Shown here in pieces: positions 46,555 to 58,772 of a DNA stretch of 64,000 nt (position 1 is the first letter of the stretch; the number at the start of each line of letters is the position of its first letter). Origin of the DNA: Hyaloraphidium curvatum SAG 235-1 (taxonomy: Eukaryota > Fungi > Monoblepharomycota); contig JAIVFI010000001.1 of assembly GCA_025558095.1 (NCBI GenBank), positions 1,302,001 through 1,366,000 of the forward strand. Direction: 5' to 3'. Under the pieces are notes generated by a model, which was not told the DNA's origin, made no database searches, and was given only the letters and a program-made list of their open reading frames with translations. Position numbers and translations under genes: made by a program.

Positions 46555-48321
46555 ATGGCCGCCGACGCCGCGGCGGGCTCCGCGGCGGACGAATCGGCGA
46601 TGGCGCAGGCCGATGCGGGCGTCACTTCCCCGATTTTGGGGGTGTTTGCGGGGACCGCCGGCACTTCCGCGGCCGACGCGCCGGGCGCCGAAGACGCCGC
46701 GTTCGTCGCGTACGCCGTCCACCGCATCTCGAAGCACCGCTTCGCACGGCACTTTCTCGCCGCCGCCGGCAACGCGCCGTCGCTGTCGGCCGTCGCGGCC
46801 CGCGCACGCACCCCCGGCACCGCGGCCGCCGACCTCGCGAACGACATGGAGGCGCTGCTTTCGCACCTGCTCGCGCGGCCGATGCCGGAACCGCGGCCGC
46901 CCGCCGATGGCGAGCCGCCGGGGGAGAGGGAGGCGGCCGATCGCGCCGAGGTGGAGCGATGGGCCGTCGAGCAGGACGCGGCGGGGGAGCTGCAGCGCGA
47001 GTGGATGAGGGTGTGGGCGGCCAGACCCGGCACGGCCGGTTGGGAGGTCAGTACTATCTGCGAACATTGCCGGGGGGCGGGATGGGCTGACCTTCGACTC
47101 GTCGGGCCGTTGACAACTCCTCCGGATCCGCCCGACTGTCGCCTGTCACAGAAAATCAAGAAGGACCGCGAGCGCGACGCCAAGCGCAAGGAGGCACGCG
47201 ACGCCAAGAAGCCCGCGCGGGGCCGCGGCGGCCGTGCAGGCCGGGGCGGCGCCCGCAGCGGCTCCGTCAGCGCCGGCAGCGCGTCGGCCGAGGCCGAGTC
47301 GGTCGAGGGCGACACCGAGGGCTCGCTCGCGCCGGCCGAGACGGACCTCATGGACGTGGATACCAAGTACAAGGAGGAGACGACCAGGCCTGGCTCGCGG
47401 GGAACCGGGGAACACGCCGCCCACGCCGGCGGAGCCCGCGAGCACCACTCGGCTTCCCCGAACCATGCCAATGGCAAGGGCCACTCGGACCACGACAATG
47501 GGCACCATGTCTCCGATCCGGTGAACGGCGCAAGCCGCAAAGGCTCTGCGTCGGAGTCTTCCGAGCTGTCACCCGACGCCCCCGGCCCCGCCGACGACAC
47601 GATGCCGCTCGCCAGCGAACCCACGGGCACCGCCCAACCCCGCCCCACCAAGCGCAAACGCTCGAGCTCGCACGTGCTCCCCTCCCCCCGGCGGACGGGC
47701 GTCTCCCCCGACGCGGAGCTGGCCGCCAACCGCGGGTTCGCTCGCCGCCTCTCTGTCGCCGACCTCGTCTCGCACAGCGCCTCCAACGCCGCCCTGGACC
47801 TCCTCGCATCCACCGCCGTCTCCTCCAACCCCTCGAACCCCTCCAGCGCCCGCACCACCTCTCCCGCGCCCCCGCAGCAGGCCCGCACCCCGCACTCGGC
47901 CCCGCACAGCTCGTTCCCCCCGCCGGCCGCCGGCGGCGCGGTGCACCACCCCACCCCCCGCTTCCCGCGGTACGCCTCGCACCCCTCCCCCTTCTCCTTC
48001 CCCGTCACCTCGGACGTCTACCCCGGCACCAACGAGCTCCCCGTGCCCGCGCCGACCCCTCCCCCGGCATGCGGCGGCAAGCCCGCGCCGTCCCCCGCGG
48101 ACATGCTCACGCCGGCGACGGTGCTCACCGCGCGCGCGAGGGACAACCTGCTGGGCTCGCTGTCGACGCTGCTCCGGGAGTACGAGGAGGCGATGACGGC
48201 GGAGCTGGCGGGGTGGCAGGCGGCGGTGAGGGCGAGGGAGGGGAGGATAAGGGAGCTTGAGGGGGAGCTGGAGAGGGCGAGGAGGGAGGTGGAGGAGCTG
48301 CGAAGGGGGGGTGGCGGGTGA
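46555..48321 (+). CDS. Hypothetical, largely disordered protein with basic NLS-like stretches and a C-terminal coiled coil
   Basis: MAADAAAGS..; KIKKDRERDAKRK, PTKRKRS; probably one in-frame intron near 47047-47150. Confidence 0.6.
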   Translation: MAADAAAGSAADESAMAQADAGVTSPILGVFAGTAGTSAADAPGAEDAAFVAYAVHRISKHRFARHFLAAAGNAPSLSAVAARARTPGTAAADLANDMEALLSHLLARPMPEPRPPADGEPPGEREAADRAEVERWAVEQDAAGELQREWMRVWAARPGTAGWEVSTICEHCRGAGWADLRLVGPLTTPPDPPDCRLSQKIKKDRERDAKRKEARDAKKPARGRGGRAGRGGARSGSVSAGSASAEAESVEGDTEGSLAPAETDLMDVDTKYKEETTRPGSRGTGEHAAHAGGAREHHSASPNHANGKGHSDHDNGHHVSDPVNGASRKGSASESSELSPDAPGPADDTMPLASEPTGTAQPRPTKRKRSSSHVLPSPRRTGVSPDAELAANRGFARRLSVADLVSHSASNAALDLLASTAVSSNPSNPSSARTTSPAPPQQARTPHSAPHSSFPPPAAGGAVHHPTPRFPRYASHPSPFSFPVTSDVYPGTNELPVPAPTPPPACGGKPAPSPADMLTPATVLTARARDNLLGSLSTLLREYEEAMTAELAGWQAAVRAREGRIRELEGELERARREVEELRRGGGG

Positions 48322-48550
48322 TGGGCCCAACGGGGGGGGGTGGGCGACCGACCGGTTCTGGGCCGCTTCGTGGTCAGCGGCCGCGGGATGCCGCTCAGAC
48401 TAGACGTTCTTGGCAATACCGAGACTCGTTCTTCGATTTCATCCTATTGTCTCCAAGATGCGAAGCTATATGCCAAGAGCAACGCTAATGCCGTACCACA
48501 AGGAATGTGCAAATCAGAGACCAAGACTGTCGGCCTTCATCCACGAGCAC

Positions 48551-49696
48551 CTAAAAGAAATCCTCCTCCTCCTTGACCAGCTCGATCTTGACCCCCGGCA
48601 CGGACTCCCAGAACCTGACCTCGGGGTCCGGATTGTCGTGCATGAAGAGCAGCAGCTCCCTCAGCACGAACTGCACCTCGATCGCCCTGGCCCGCTCCGC
48701 CCTCTCCGCGAGCATCCGCCGCACCGCCTCCCTCTCCTTCTTCCGCAGGTCCAGGTCGTTGGGCCTGATGCTCAGCCTGCGCAGGTTGGGCGGGATGCCC
48801 GAGGCAAAGGTGGCTTTGGTGGCGGCGTCGTTGACGTGCAGCTCCTCGACGGAGGGGAGCGACATGGCCTTCCCGTAAGCGGCAGGGAGCGTCTTGTTGC
48901 CGGCAACGTAGTGCTGCATGAACCCGAACGCCAGGACGCGGGGCCGGAACCCGGGATGGGCCAGGAGGCGCCCCAGCATGTCGAAGCGGACGACGGTCTC
49001 GACGAGCGAGAGCTTCGCGGCGGCCGCGGGAAAGTCCGAGGGGCCCATCTGCCAGACGCAGTCGATCGATTTCCAGTCTTCGAGGTCCGGGAGCGCGTCG
49101 ATCTGGCGGACCAGCGGGGTGACGTCGACGCCGTTGCCGAAGGTGCAGAGCCGCAGGGTGGTCAGGCCCCAGGGGAGCACCAGGGCGGCGATCTTGTCCG
49201 CGTCGGACGGCTTCCAAGCGATGCCGAGGCTTTTGAGCACTTGGGCGCCCGCCAGGAGCGTCGAGAGGCGGTAGGCGGCCGTGTCACCCCCGACTTCCAC
49301 GGTGACAAAGAGCTTCGTGAGCCCCGGCGCACAGCGGCCGAGGATGTCGAGCTGGAGCTCGTCGGCTCGTGCATCGCCCTTGAGCCGCAGCTCGAGGTCG
49401 CGGACGTGGCGGAACTTGCCGGGTGCGACCTCGTCTCGTGCCACGCCCTCGAGCCAGGCCACGTTCATCCGCGAGAGGTCGAGCGTACGCAGGAGGACGG
49501 GCAGGCCGAGCACGTAAAGCCGCTTGCTGGCCTTCATGAAGCGCAGGACGGCGTTGCGCCGGTAGTGCACGTCCAGCAGCGGGCCGAAGAAGCCCGGCGT
49601 GGGGTCGAGGGCTTCGGGCACGAGCTCGGCGATGCGCGTCACCACGTGGTCGGGGAGCGCGGCTAGAGAATCCGCAGGCACGTCCTGGGTCGCCAT
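48551..49696 (-). CDS. F-box-like/LRR-like protein, intronless
   Basis: LAALPDHVVTRIAEL..FMKASKRLYVLGLPVLLRTL, then LRR-like VRDLEL / LTKLFV / LTTLRL / LRRLSI. Confidence 0.65.
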   Translation of the reverse strand: MATQDVPADSLAALPDHVVTRIAELVPEALDPTPGFFGPLLDVHYRRNAVLRFMKASKRLYVLGLPVLLRTLDLSRMNVAWLEGVARDEVAPGKFRHVRDLELRLKGDARADELQLDILGRCAPGLTKLFVTVEVGGDTAAYRLSTLLAGAQVLKSLGIAWKPSDADKIAALVLPWGLTTLRLCTFGNGVDVTPLVRQIDALPDLEDWKSIDCVWQMGPSDFPAAAAKLSLVETVVRFDMLGRLLAHPGFRPRVLAFGFMQHYVAGNKTLPAAYGKAMSLPSVEELHVNDAATKATFASGIPPNLRRLSIRPNDLDLRKKEREAVRRMLAERAERARAIEVQFVLRELLLFMHDNPDPEVRFWESVPGVKIELVKEEEDFF

Positions 49697-49808
49697 CTCT
49701 GTGCTGGAGGTCGTTTGGAATGGTGATGGCTCGCGCCGGCGTTGTCGCGCGTCGGCGGGCCGCTGCCGGTAGTACGAGCTGCCGCCGGGCGCGCAGACGC
49801 TGGGCAGC

Positions 49809-50936
49809 ATGCGCCACGTCGCCGTGTTCCCGAACGACGCGCGGGCAAAGCCGACGCGGACGGTCGAGCTGCCGCCGCTCGAGGCCGCCGAGAAGATGTA
49901 CGAGGAGATCGAGGGCCCCGGCGGTTTCCGCATCGTGAAGCGCAGGCTGGGCGGCTGGCCGGCCGGCAAACCGCGCAAGTACGTGCTGCCCGGCGAGGAC
50001 AAGGGGGTGCACAACACCGAGGAGCCGGACCAGCCCGGCCACCGTTGGGGCGGGTGGGAGTTCGTCTACGGCCCGATCGACGCCGACGAGGCGTCCGTCG
50101 CGCGGGGGATCCAGCTGGACCTGTACATGCGCCCGCTGAACGCCGGGATCACCCTCCACTGCCGCTCCTCCGGGCCGACGCTCAACAGGAAGGAGAGCGC
50201 CGACGCGAAGATGAGGTTCTTTGACCTGGCCGTCGGCCAGCTCAAGGATATGGACTCGTACTACGTCCTGTCGCCCATGGCGCTGGCCAGCGCCAACCTC
50301 TTCCACAAGGACCTGCCGCGCTTCATCGCCACAATGGACTCGATCGAGCCCGTGCTGCGCGCGAAAGCACTCGTGCAAGACGTCGCGCTCTTCCTCATGC
50401 GGCGCGGCGAGGCCCACGAGGCCGCTGGCCACGCGGACCGGGCCATTTTGGACTACTTCGACGCGTTCATGCTGGTCGACGCAAACCGGAGCAAGACGGC
50501 GGCGCCGATGGTCGCCACGGCGCTCAACTACCTCGGCCTGGCGCTCAAGCGCGCCGGCCGTTTCGACGCCGGACGGGAGTACTTCCTCAAGCTGTTCCAC
50601 AACCTCTCGCGCGCCCGCGGGCTGGACGCCGACGCGCGCAAAACGAGCAACCGCCAGAGCATCAGGGACCAAAAAGCACAGAAGCACGCGCCGCTGGCCC
50701 AGTGCCACGGGTGCGGGGTGTCGAGCGCGGAGCTCGTCTCGGGGACCGTGCCGCCGGGCGGGAAGCGCAGGGAGCTCAAGATGTGCTCGAGGTGCAGGAG
50801 CGTCATGTTCTGCTCGCAGGAGTGCATCACCGAGGCGTGGGGGAGGCACAAGGAGGCGTGCAACCGCGTGCGGGCGGAGAGGGCGGGCGTGGTGGGCGGC
50901 GCGGGCCAGGAGCCGGGGGCGGCAGAGGGGGCGTGA
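49809..50936 (+). CDS. MYND zinc-finger protein with TPR-like helices
   Basis: CHGC..LKMCSRCRSVMFCSQECITEAWGRHKEAC. Confidence 0.8.
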   Translation: MRHVAVFPNDARAKPTRTVELPPLEAAEKMYEEIEGPGGFRIVKRRLGGWPAGKPRKYVLPGEDKGVHNTEEPDQPGHRWGGWEFVYGPIDADEASVARGIQLDLYMRPLNAGITLHCRSSGPTLNRKESADAKMRFFDLAVGQLKDMDSYYVLSPMALASANLFHKDLPRFIATMDSIEPVLRAKALVQDVALFLMRRGEAHEAAGHADRAILDYFDAFMLVDANRSKTAAPMVATALNYLGLALKRAGRFDAGREYFLKLFHNLSRARGLDADARKTSNRQSIRDQKAQKHAPLAQCHGCGVSSAELVSGTVPPGGKRRELKMCSRCRSVMFCSQECITEAWGRHKEACNRVRAERAGVVGGAGQEPGAAEGA

Positions 50937-51110
50937 TCGACCTGTCAACTGCATGGATGAGAAGCTACAGCGAGTGATGAACTTGATCCATTGCAGATAT
51001 ATAAGCTGTTTCTATCGCGAGCCCCACGACGAAGCGGGACGAATGTAGACTCAGACGAGGTGCATAGGTGCAGACGCTCGTCTGGACGCTCGCCAACAAC
51101 CCTCCACAAA

Positions 51111-53323
51111 ATGGACGAACCACCGCCGCCGGGCCTCGCTCTGACGCCTGCCGCGTCGGATGCCTATGCCCTGCCGCCTGGCTTTACGCTGGCGCCGCCA
51201 ACCGATATCTACTCGCAGGATCCGGCGTTCCAGCGCACCCCTCTCGTATCGCCCGTTCCGCCGCCGCAGATGACGCCGCCGAGCGTCTTCTTCGCCGAAA
51301 ACCCCGAGGAACCGCGTCCCAAACCACGCAGACGCGCTCCGAACGCGCCGCCGCCGGCCGTGATGTCTGGCTGGGGCCGCCGCAAGGACCGCGACGCGTT
51401 CGCGGGCTCGGGGAGCAACGCGCTGCCCGTGGGCGAGCGGCGCGATTTTTCGGGCGGACGCGGCGGGGACGACCGCGATGTGCGCGATCGGGGCTACGGC
51501 GGGTACGGAGGGCGCGACGGGTACGACAGGCGGGACGACCGGTGGGACAGGAGGGACGACAGGGACGATTACTACCGGCGCGAGCCGAGGCGGGACGACC
51601 GCTACTACGGCGACCGCCGGTACGGGGACCGGCACGATGACCGCTACGACGACCGGGACAGGGGCTACGGGCGGAAACGGGACCGGGACGACGAAGGGTG
51701 GGGCGGCAGGGACCACAAGCGGCCCCGCGGCCCGCCCGGGGCGCCGTTCGACGGGCCGCCGCCGGACGAGCTCACGGCGCAGATATTCCCGGAGCTGGTG
51801 CCGCGGCCGGAGCCGCTGCCGCACCCGCCCAAGCCCGAGATCGCGTGGTTCGTGGGGCGGTACGAGGAGGACGACGCGTGGTTGGAAGCCGACGGCGAAT
51901 CGGGCATGCTGCGCGCGACCTGGGGAGAGGTGCGTTGCTGCACATCGACAGCTGTGGTACGTGTCGTCCCAACTGCCTTTTGCCAGCCCCCGTCGGAGCC
52001 CGACATTGGCGAGTTCATCGACGACGTCGACACCGTCAAGGCGCTCTACGACCTCAAGTCCAAGTTCACCGACGTCCCCCAGGCGACCTTCAACAACGCG
52101 CGCGTCAAGAGCAACCCGTGGGAGCGCTTCGGCAGGATGGGCTTCATCTCGCGGTCCGCGTGCAAGCTCGCCCTGCTCGACTGGGAGATGGATCTCATCC
52201 CGACCTCCGAGGCCATCGTCGACATGAGCCGCGCCGGGCGGGAGTGGCGCTGGGTCGATCTCTGCGGAGGGCCCGGCGGCTTCAGCGGTGAGCACTCGGA
52301 ACTGCTCGAGCAGTGTTGGATTTGGACTTGACAAGTTTGGCGCGGGACGCAGAGTACATCCTGTACCGCCTCTCGCAGCACTACTCCACCGCCATCACTT
52401 CCTCCTCCGTCAAATCCCCCCCCTTCCGCGTGCGCGGCTTCGGCACCACCCTGCGCCACCCCGACAGCGCGCCTTCGCACCAGTTCCCCGATTTCGACCA
52501 GCAGCACTTCCACCCCCTCGCGCGCCGCATGCTCCCCGCCTTTTCCGTGCACTACGGCGCCGACGGCACGGGCGACCTCACCCGGCTTGCCAACGTGCGC
52601 GGGTTCGCGGGCCACGTGATGGAGAAAACCGAGAGCATGGGCGTGGATTTGGTCGTCGCGGACGGCGGGTTCGAGGTGGCCCGCGGGGAGGAGAATGCGG
52701 TCGAGGCCGCATCCTTCCGGCTGATCCTCGCCGAAGCCCTGGCGGCGCTCATGACCCTGCGCCGCGGGGGCACCCTGGTGCTCAAGACGTTCGACTGCTA
52801 CGGCGCGCCGATGGCGGGCCTGGTGCACGTGCTCGCGCGGCTGTTCGAGAGGGTGCACATGACCAAGGGCGGCCTCAGCAGGCCGGCGAGCCCGGAGAGG
52901 TACATCATCTTCCGCGGGCTGGCCAGGGAGTTCGAGGGGCGCGTGGTGCAGTTCCTCGGGAGCGTGCTGGAGAAGCTCGGCGAGGAGCAGGGCAAGACCG
53001 AGGCGGCCGACAAGAGGGCCTCCGAGAAGGATGCCGGGGCGGCGGATGGCGAAGGCGGAGAGCCCCAGCCCGAAGGAGACGCCTCCACGGCGCCGCCCAG
53101 CACTCTGACGGACCTCATACCAAGGAAGCTCCTCCTCGCGCAGTCCCCGTTCGTCGACTGGATCTCGACCAAGAACCTGCGCTTCGCGATGGACCAGCTG
53201 CGCGCGTGCGAGGAGCTGTGGTCGTACGTGGAGGAGCCGGAGAAGCCGGGCAAGGGGGTGTCGGACGAGGAGATCGAGGAGATGGTGACGAGGCTGAGGA
53301 TCCCGAGGGACGATCGGCGGTGA
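51111..53323 (+). CDS. Cap-specific mRNA 2'-O-methyltransferase (CMTR-like, FtsJ/RrmJ fold) with an RD/RG-rich N-terminus
   Basis: NARVKSNPWE..FISRSACKLA, DLCGGPGGFS|EYILYR, DGTGDLT, LVVADGGF, GGTLVLKTFD, SRPASPERY (K-D-K-E tetrad). Confidence 0.85.
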
Positions 53324-53515
53324 TTTCTACGCTAGGAAATCTTGCAAGAGCAGACGCTCGACCGAGATCTCCTCCTCTTTCTAGACTGAAGTGGCCAGTT
53401 TCGTCCCCTTGCTCGCCCCCAAACCTCGTGGCGGGGATCGACCAGGGCCGGGACCGGAGTCGCGGCTCCAACAGATCTCTATCACAGGCGCTGAGCGCCC
53501 CCCAACCCCGATACA

Positions 53516-56185
53516 TCACGTCACGCCATATACATTGAATTCGGGGAAGAGGGGAGGGGTTAGATGTCCGCCGAGCTGCCGGGTACAGGCTTCCTTGAAC
53601 CTGTTCATAAGCTGTTGGCAACCCAGTACGCGCCCCCGCTGAACAACGGCGCGCAGACGGCCGGTCTGGCGGGCCATGAGACCATCGACATCCCAGTCTT
53701 TGCCGTCAGATTTGGTGCGCGGGGGAGAGATCTCTCGAGACCAAACACGGAGTTGTTCGTCCGCCGCGTCGTGCAGGCGGCCGAAGGTCGAGACCGCAAA
53801 CCAAACGAGGTTGTGCACGGGGGGATCGGGAACGTAGAACTGGTTGGCAAGGGCCGTCGCCTTCTTCTGAACAGCGCGGCGCAGGAGCGAGGTCTCGTTG
53901 CGGGAGTCCGTCGAGCGCGAGGCCGTGACGCTGGGGGTAACAACGGTGACGTCGACGAGGTCAGAACGAGCGCCCACGCGGCGGATGACGATGTCGGTCG
54001 AGGTTTTCCCGATGTCCAGGGCTCGTGCAAGTGTGGTGTCTTTGGGCACGAACCCATTCTCGAGGTAACCACGATGACGACGGTCGACGACCACGCCACG
54101 GGAGGCGAGCTTGTCCTTGAGCTCATCCGCCAACGCAGATTCAAGCGCGTTGTGCCGCGCAACCTTGCCCATTATCGGGCACGTGAAGGCGTGCAGGAAG
54201 TCGGCTCCCCGCGGCGCAAGGATGCGTGTGACCTGCCTGCCACTGCCGTCGTCGACAGTGCACCCGAGCGGGCAGAGCATCTGCGATGGTAGGGCCGAGA
54301 GCCAAGGGGCAGGGAGACCGAGGTCGGTACAGATGTTCAGCTGCAACGCCTCGTCGTCCAGGCCGGTGTCCTTCTCCAAGCACTGCGCACCCAGGCAGGC
54401 ACCCGAGTGGCCGGCCTTGACGCTAAGCCAGATGGCGCGCTGCTGGGAGCCCGCGGGAAGGTCCGCCAGAATGGCCTGGTGGATCCAGGCCAGCTGTGCC
54501 CGGTACAACTCGTGCTGCAGGCCTTTGACGCCGATGGAATCCATCCACAGCTCGATGCCCGACGCGGAGAGCGAGGCAAGCACGGGCTCGGCAAGCCCAG
54601 CGCCACGGACCGCGGTGAGCGCAAAGTCCAGGTCCGCGGTGAGCCGGCCAAGCACGTCCTCCGCGATGGTGTAGGAGTCACCGGCCCGGCGCAGCCCAAT
54701 GAGGCGGCGTAACCGCGCGCCAGAGAGCGCGTGGGCGCCGACGAACGCAAAGGGTGCGAGCCGGACCAGTTCCAAGAAACCGATGCCGCCGCCATCGAGC
54801 CAGAGGAAGATGCGGCGGCGGAGCTGGCGGAGCAGGCCGTGAGACTGCCAACGCGTGTTGGGCAGGGCGGCGAGCTCTCCGTGGCCCGCAAGAAGAAGCA
54901 GGCCCCGCATGGTGCACCAGTCGACAGCGTCCACGTGGGGGATGGTCAACCGCGGAGGGAGACCGCGGACAACGTGGATGAGGCGGCTGGCCACGCAGAG
55001 GCGAAGCACGGTGTAAAGACCGTGGCGTTTTGGGAAGCCCACCTCGAGCGGCCACTCCTCGCACTTGTTTACCACGGTCCGAACCAGATCCATGGTCGAG
55101 TCGCATGCCTGCTTGAGAAACGATTCGACGTACTCAGGGGAGCCAACAGGGAGTCCACCAGCAAGGAACCCGCGCTCGACGGGGTTGGCAGCCTCGTTAA
55201 CGCACGGGATGCCCGTGGCCGAGGCCCAGGTAGCCAGCGAGGCGTGGCCTTCGACCGGGGTGAGGAGCGAGGCGATGTCGGCCACGTACAGCGCGGATTT
55301 GCCGGGCTGGACAGCCAGCTGGTTTTCCTCCAGGACTTCAAGCAGCGAGACGTACGCGGCAACGACGGCTGCCGGGCGGCCCAGGATGTAGGTGTCGTCG
55401 TGCAGGGTGAGGATCCGTGTCGCCGGGTGCGCAGCACGCACCGCTGCCAACAGGAAACTGTAGACCACGTCGAAGACGACCCCGCTCTCCGACATGCCCT
55501 GGATCACGCCCTCGGCCGAAACGGCGAAGAACACTGCCTTGCCCAGGATGTCACGGTAGATGATCCGGCATGGCCCACCGTAGAAGGTCCGGAAGAAGGG
55601 AATCAGCGAGGGGAACTGGCGAACCCAACGGAAGACCAGACGCCGCGGCAGGCAGTTGAACGCGTTTCTCAGGTCCAGCTTGAGCGCCACCAGCTCCGGG
55701 TCCATCGCCAGCAAGGCCTGGATCGTGCGATAGAGGAGTGCCGGACCATCGGGGACGTAGGAGCCCTGGTCGTCGGCATGGAGGAGCCAGCGCAAGCCGT
55801 CCGAGTTGGCAGAGTCGGGTGAGACGTGTTCCTTCAAGTAGTCCACGATCCACGATCCCGCCAGGCGGACCAGACAGAGGGCAATCCCGATGGGGCGCCC
55901 AGTTCCCGGCCGGCCTGGTTTCGAGAGCGCGACGCCGTTCATCGTGGAGATCCAACTCCGCAGGGAGGGTGCAAGGAAGGTGCCGGAAAAGACCAGCTCG
56001 ATGAACTTCACTGGCGTGTGGAAGCGTACCCGAGAGGCGTCCGCACGGCAGTTGAATTGGCGGAGGAGCCGGCGGTAGGACACACCGTCGACGCCTTTGC
56101 CCGTCGTGCCAAGCTTCTGCAGGAGCAGGTCGTAGATCTTGACCCGCGTCTCCTCATCGTCAGCACCCGGGAAGGTATCAGCCAC
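53516..56185 (-). mobile_element. CRE-like non-LTR retrotransposon ORF: reverse transcriptase, zinc knuckle and restriction-like endonuclease; probably 5'-truncated
   Basis: GVDGVSY (domain 0), ALSK..RPIGI..VRL, LDLRNAFN, GVIQG, LHDD, GLPVGSPEYV; CPLGC..HAFTC..RHN; TDIVI..VDVTVV..KK; FAVSTFG. Confidence 0.88.
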
Positions 56186-56218
56186 GCATCAACTCCACAA
56201 ACCCGACACTCGCCCAAA

Positions 56219-58168
56219 ATGGCATCTGCGGTGCCGAGGCCGCGCCTGGATAGTCTCCCGAGCGAGCTATAACTCCTCATCACTCGGTATCTCCCGCCGG
56301 TGGACCTGTACTTCCTCCGCTTCGCGTCGCGCTCCCTCAACCGGATCGCTTCCGTGGCCTTCGTGGAGCGCGTACGGCACGACGTCGTCGCCGAGAAGAG
56401 GCCTCAGCTGTTCATCAGCATGGCGAAAGAGGTCAAGGACGATTCCTCGCGGCGGTCGCTCCCCGGGCAGGACGTGGTGCCCCTCCCTCCGTGCAGCGTG
56501 GGCGCCCTGTTGCGGCGCTGCGGCGTCGCTGCGGACTCCATGGCTGCGTATCTGATCATTTCCGGGCTGGACGATGAAGAATTTGCGCTGGGAGGCAAAG
56601 CGAGGGGCGAGTTCTACCGCGAGCTCGGCCTGGGTCCTCCCGAGTTGCGCCAGGTCCTCGCTATGGACTCCGCGATGGTGAATCTCGAAATCGACGACTG
56701 GGAGGCGGTATCCCTGGGACTGGCTGCCATGCTCCGGAACGTTGGCGTGCCCCTTGATGAATGCGTACGGGCTTTGGCCGATGCCAACGTCCAGTTCCTC
56801 CTTCGCTGGGATGTCACGAGTGAACTTGAAGCTTGGGCGCGGAGTCGATTTGAAACCGAGGAGAGGCAGACGAAGGCCGTGGACTGTTTGCTCTCGGTCA
56901 TACGAGACGCCATGAAGATCCGGAGAGCGTCCGATCTGGGCGCAGCATCTCTGGCTTCGGACGTGTTTGGATCGTTCGATATTGTGCTCGTCGCCCGGGC
57001 TCTCGCACAGAGCCCGTTGACTTGGGAAGCTCGAGGTCTCATCTTCAGGGACAACATCAACGTACAAGGACCTGCTCCGATAACCATCGGCGAGGCGCTC
57101 AGGCTTCTCTTCGGAAACGGATGGCGCGATCCCTCCCTTCGACAGGACGACTGTGCTGGGTTCTTCAACATGGACATCACCAGCTCAGGTGTTTTTCCCC
57201 TTTCCGCACTCCTTTCCGAAGCTGTTTGGCCTCTGCATGAAGATTTTCAGCTCGCGCAAATGGTCATCGGCAATCTCGACACCAAGTCAAAGAGCAAAAT
57301 CATGCAGCTGGTCGGTGCGGTTTTGAACCCCGCTCCGGACGCCGATCTGAGCCGATTTCCTGCCCTCATCCGGAATGTTCTCGAACGAACCGGGCCCGCC
57401 GGCGTGGAGCTGTGGAGCGAGTCGTGCGTCACCCAGAGCGAAAACCACCTCTTTGCAAACTGTCCGCCCCTGCGGCTGGCATTCATTCTTTCGGCTTCGA
57501 GGCTTTCCGCGCGTCAACTCGCTCGCGTTCTCGTCTCCCGATACCGCCACGCACAAGCGACGGGCAAAAGCAGGTCGCACTATACGCTCGCATTGAAGTG
57601 GTTCCTCTCGGGCAGCGAAGGCCCGGAGAACATGGGCAAGCTTCTGGGTGCCTGCTTTTCTCTCGCCGTTGCGGAAGCGGAGGACAACAGCATGCAGCAG
57701 TCTTCGAAGGGTCTTCCGCTGATTCGTACGATCTAGCGTTCCCTGTGGATGGAAGCGACGAAGGGCCCGGGATTCGATCGTGTCGGCTTTCTGTGGCGCC
57801 CTCTACGCATCGTTGACCGGACGTTCTGCTTCTCCCCGACTCTCGAATCCTTTCCTCGACCTGGGACTCATCCTTGGCGCCCTAGACTCGAGCACCGATT
57901 TCAAACTGTGGGCTGAGCTCTTCGCTACATCGTTGGAAATAAGGGAGCTCTTCCTGACCAAGCGGCACGTACTGTTTTTCTGACGGGCCTGAGAGCGCAG
58001 GGCGATTTCGACCTGGCGAATCGACCTGGCCAGGCTTTCTCCTTTGGAGCAGGATACGATGACCTCGAGCTGGCTCGCTTCCTGCCGAACCAGAAGAAGT
58101 TCGTGGCGCTCGTCCTTGACCTCGATCGTGTCGCAGTGCCGATCCTTGGGGCGAGCTCAACGCTGTAG
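56219..58168 (+). pseudogene. F-box gene with a premature TAA in the F-box and a disrupted 3' part
   Basis: MASAVPRPRLDSLPSEL*LLITRYLPPVDLYFLRFASRSL (stop at 56270-56272), in frame with the 478-aa ORF 56300-57736. Fragmentary coding-like frames continue to ~58168. Confidence 0.65.
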
Positions 58169-58772
58169 CGGCTAGAACCAACGGAGCGTAATCTGGATAG
58201 CGACCGGACCCGCGACAAAGCACTCGCGACAAATCTCTTTCAGAGATGTCTCCTTTAGGTCGACTTTGGCCTTCGATTTTCGTCTTGATGTACAGCATGA
58301 TACAAGTGATTCCGTTCGATACACTCGCCTTGCTGCCGCGTGCCGCCAAGATCTGATTGCCAGCTGCGATCTCTGACGTTCACACCCCTACAACGGCTAC
58401 TACGGTCACCCCGGCAACTCTAACCCTGACGGCCCCCCTCCGGACTTCTTTCAGGTGAGCATCCATTACGGTCGGCACGCGGCACGGGCTCGGCGGCAGC
58501 ACGGTGAGCGGACTCGGTTCGATCCTGCACGGGCGTCGGCGCTGCCGGCTGGCGTCTCACTACATGCCTGGGTTACGGGTATGTCCCGGCCGGGTCCCAC
58601 CGGCTGCGCATTTTCGCTGAAGGGACGGTTGGACGACGAGGACTGTAGTGAAGGCAAGCCGATGCCGTGGATGGACCGATTCGGTTTGATTTGCGATGTT
58701 TTCATTGCTCGATGCATCAATGCAGCTATGCTCCTCCCTTTGTCGCGACTAGCTCTTCCCGACCTCGTCAAA

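Noticed and set aside
45238-48321. 1027-aa ORF suggesting a sulfatase fusion protein
   Set aside because: It reads through an intron (GTAAAG at ~45973). The sulfatase ends in another frame at 46366 and the next gene starts at 46555.
53340-53515. Possible ribozyme or poly(A) in the retroelement 3' flank (GACGAAAC on the minus strand)
   Set aside because: There is no matching CTGANGA hammerhead core and no A-tract.
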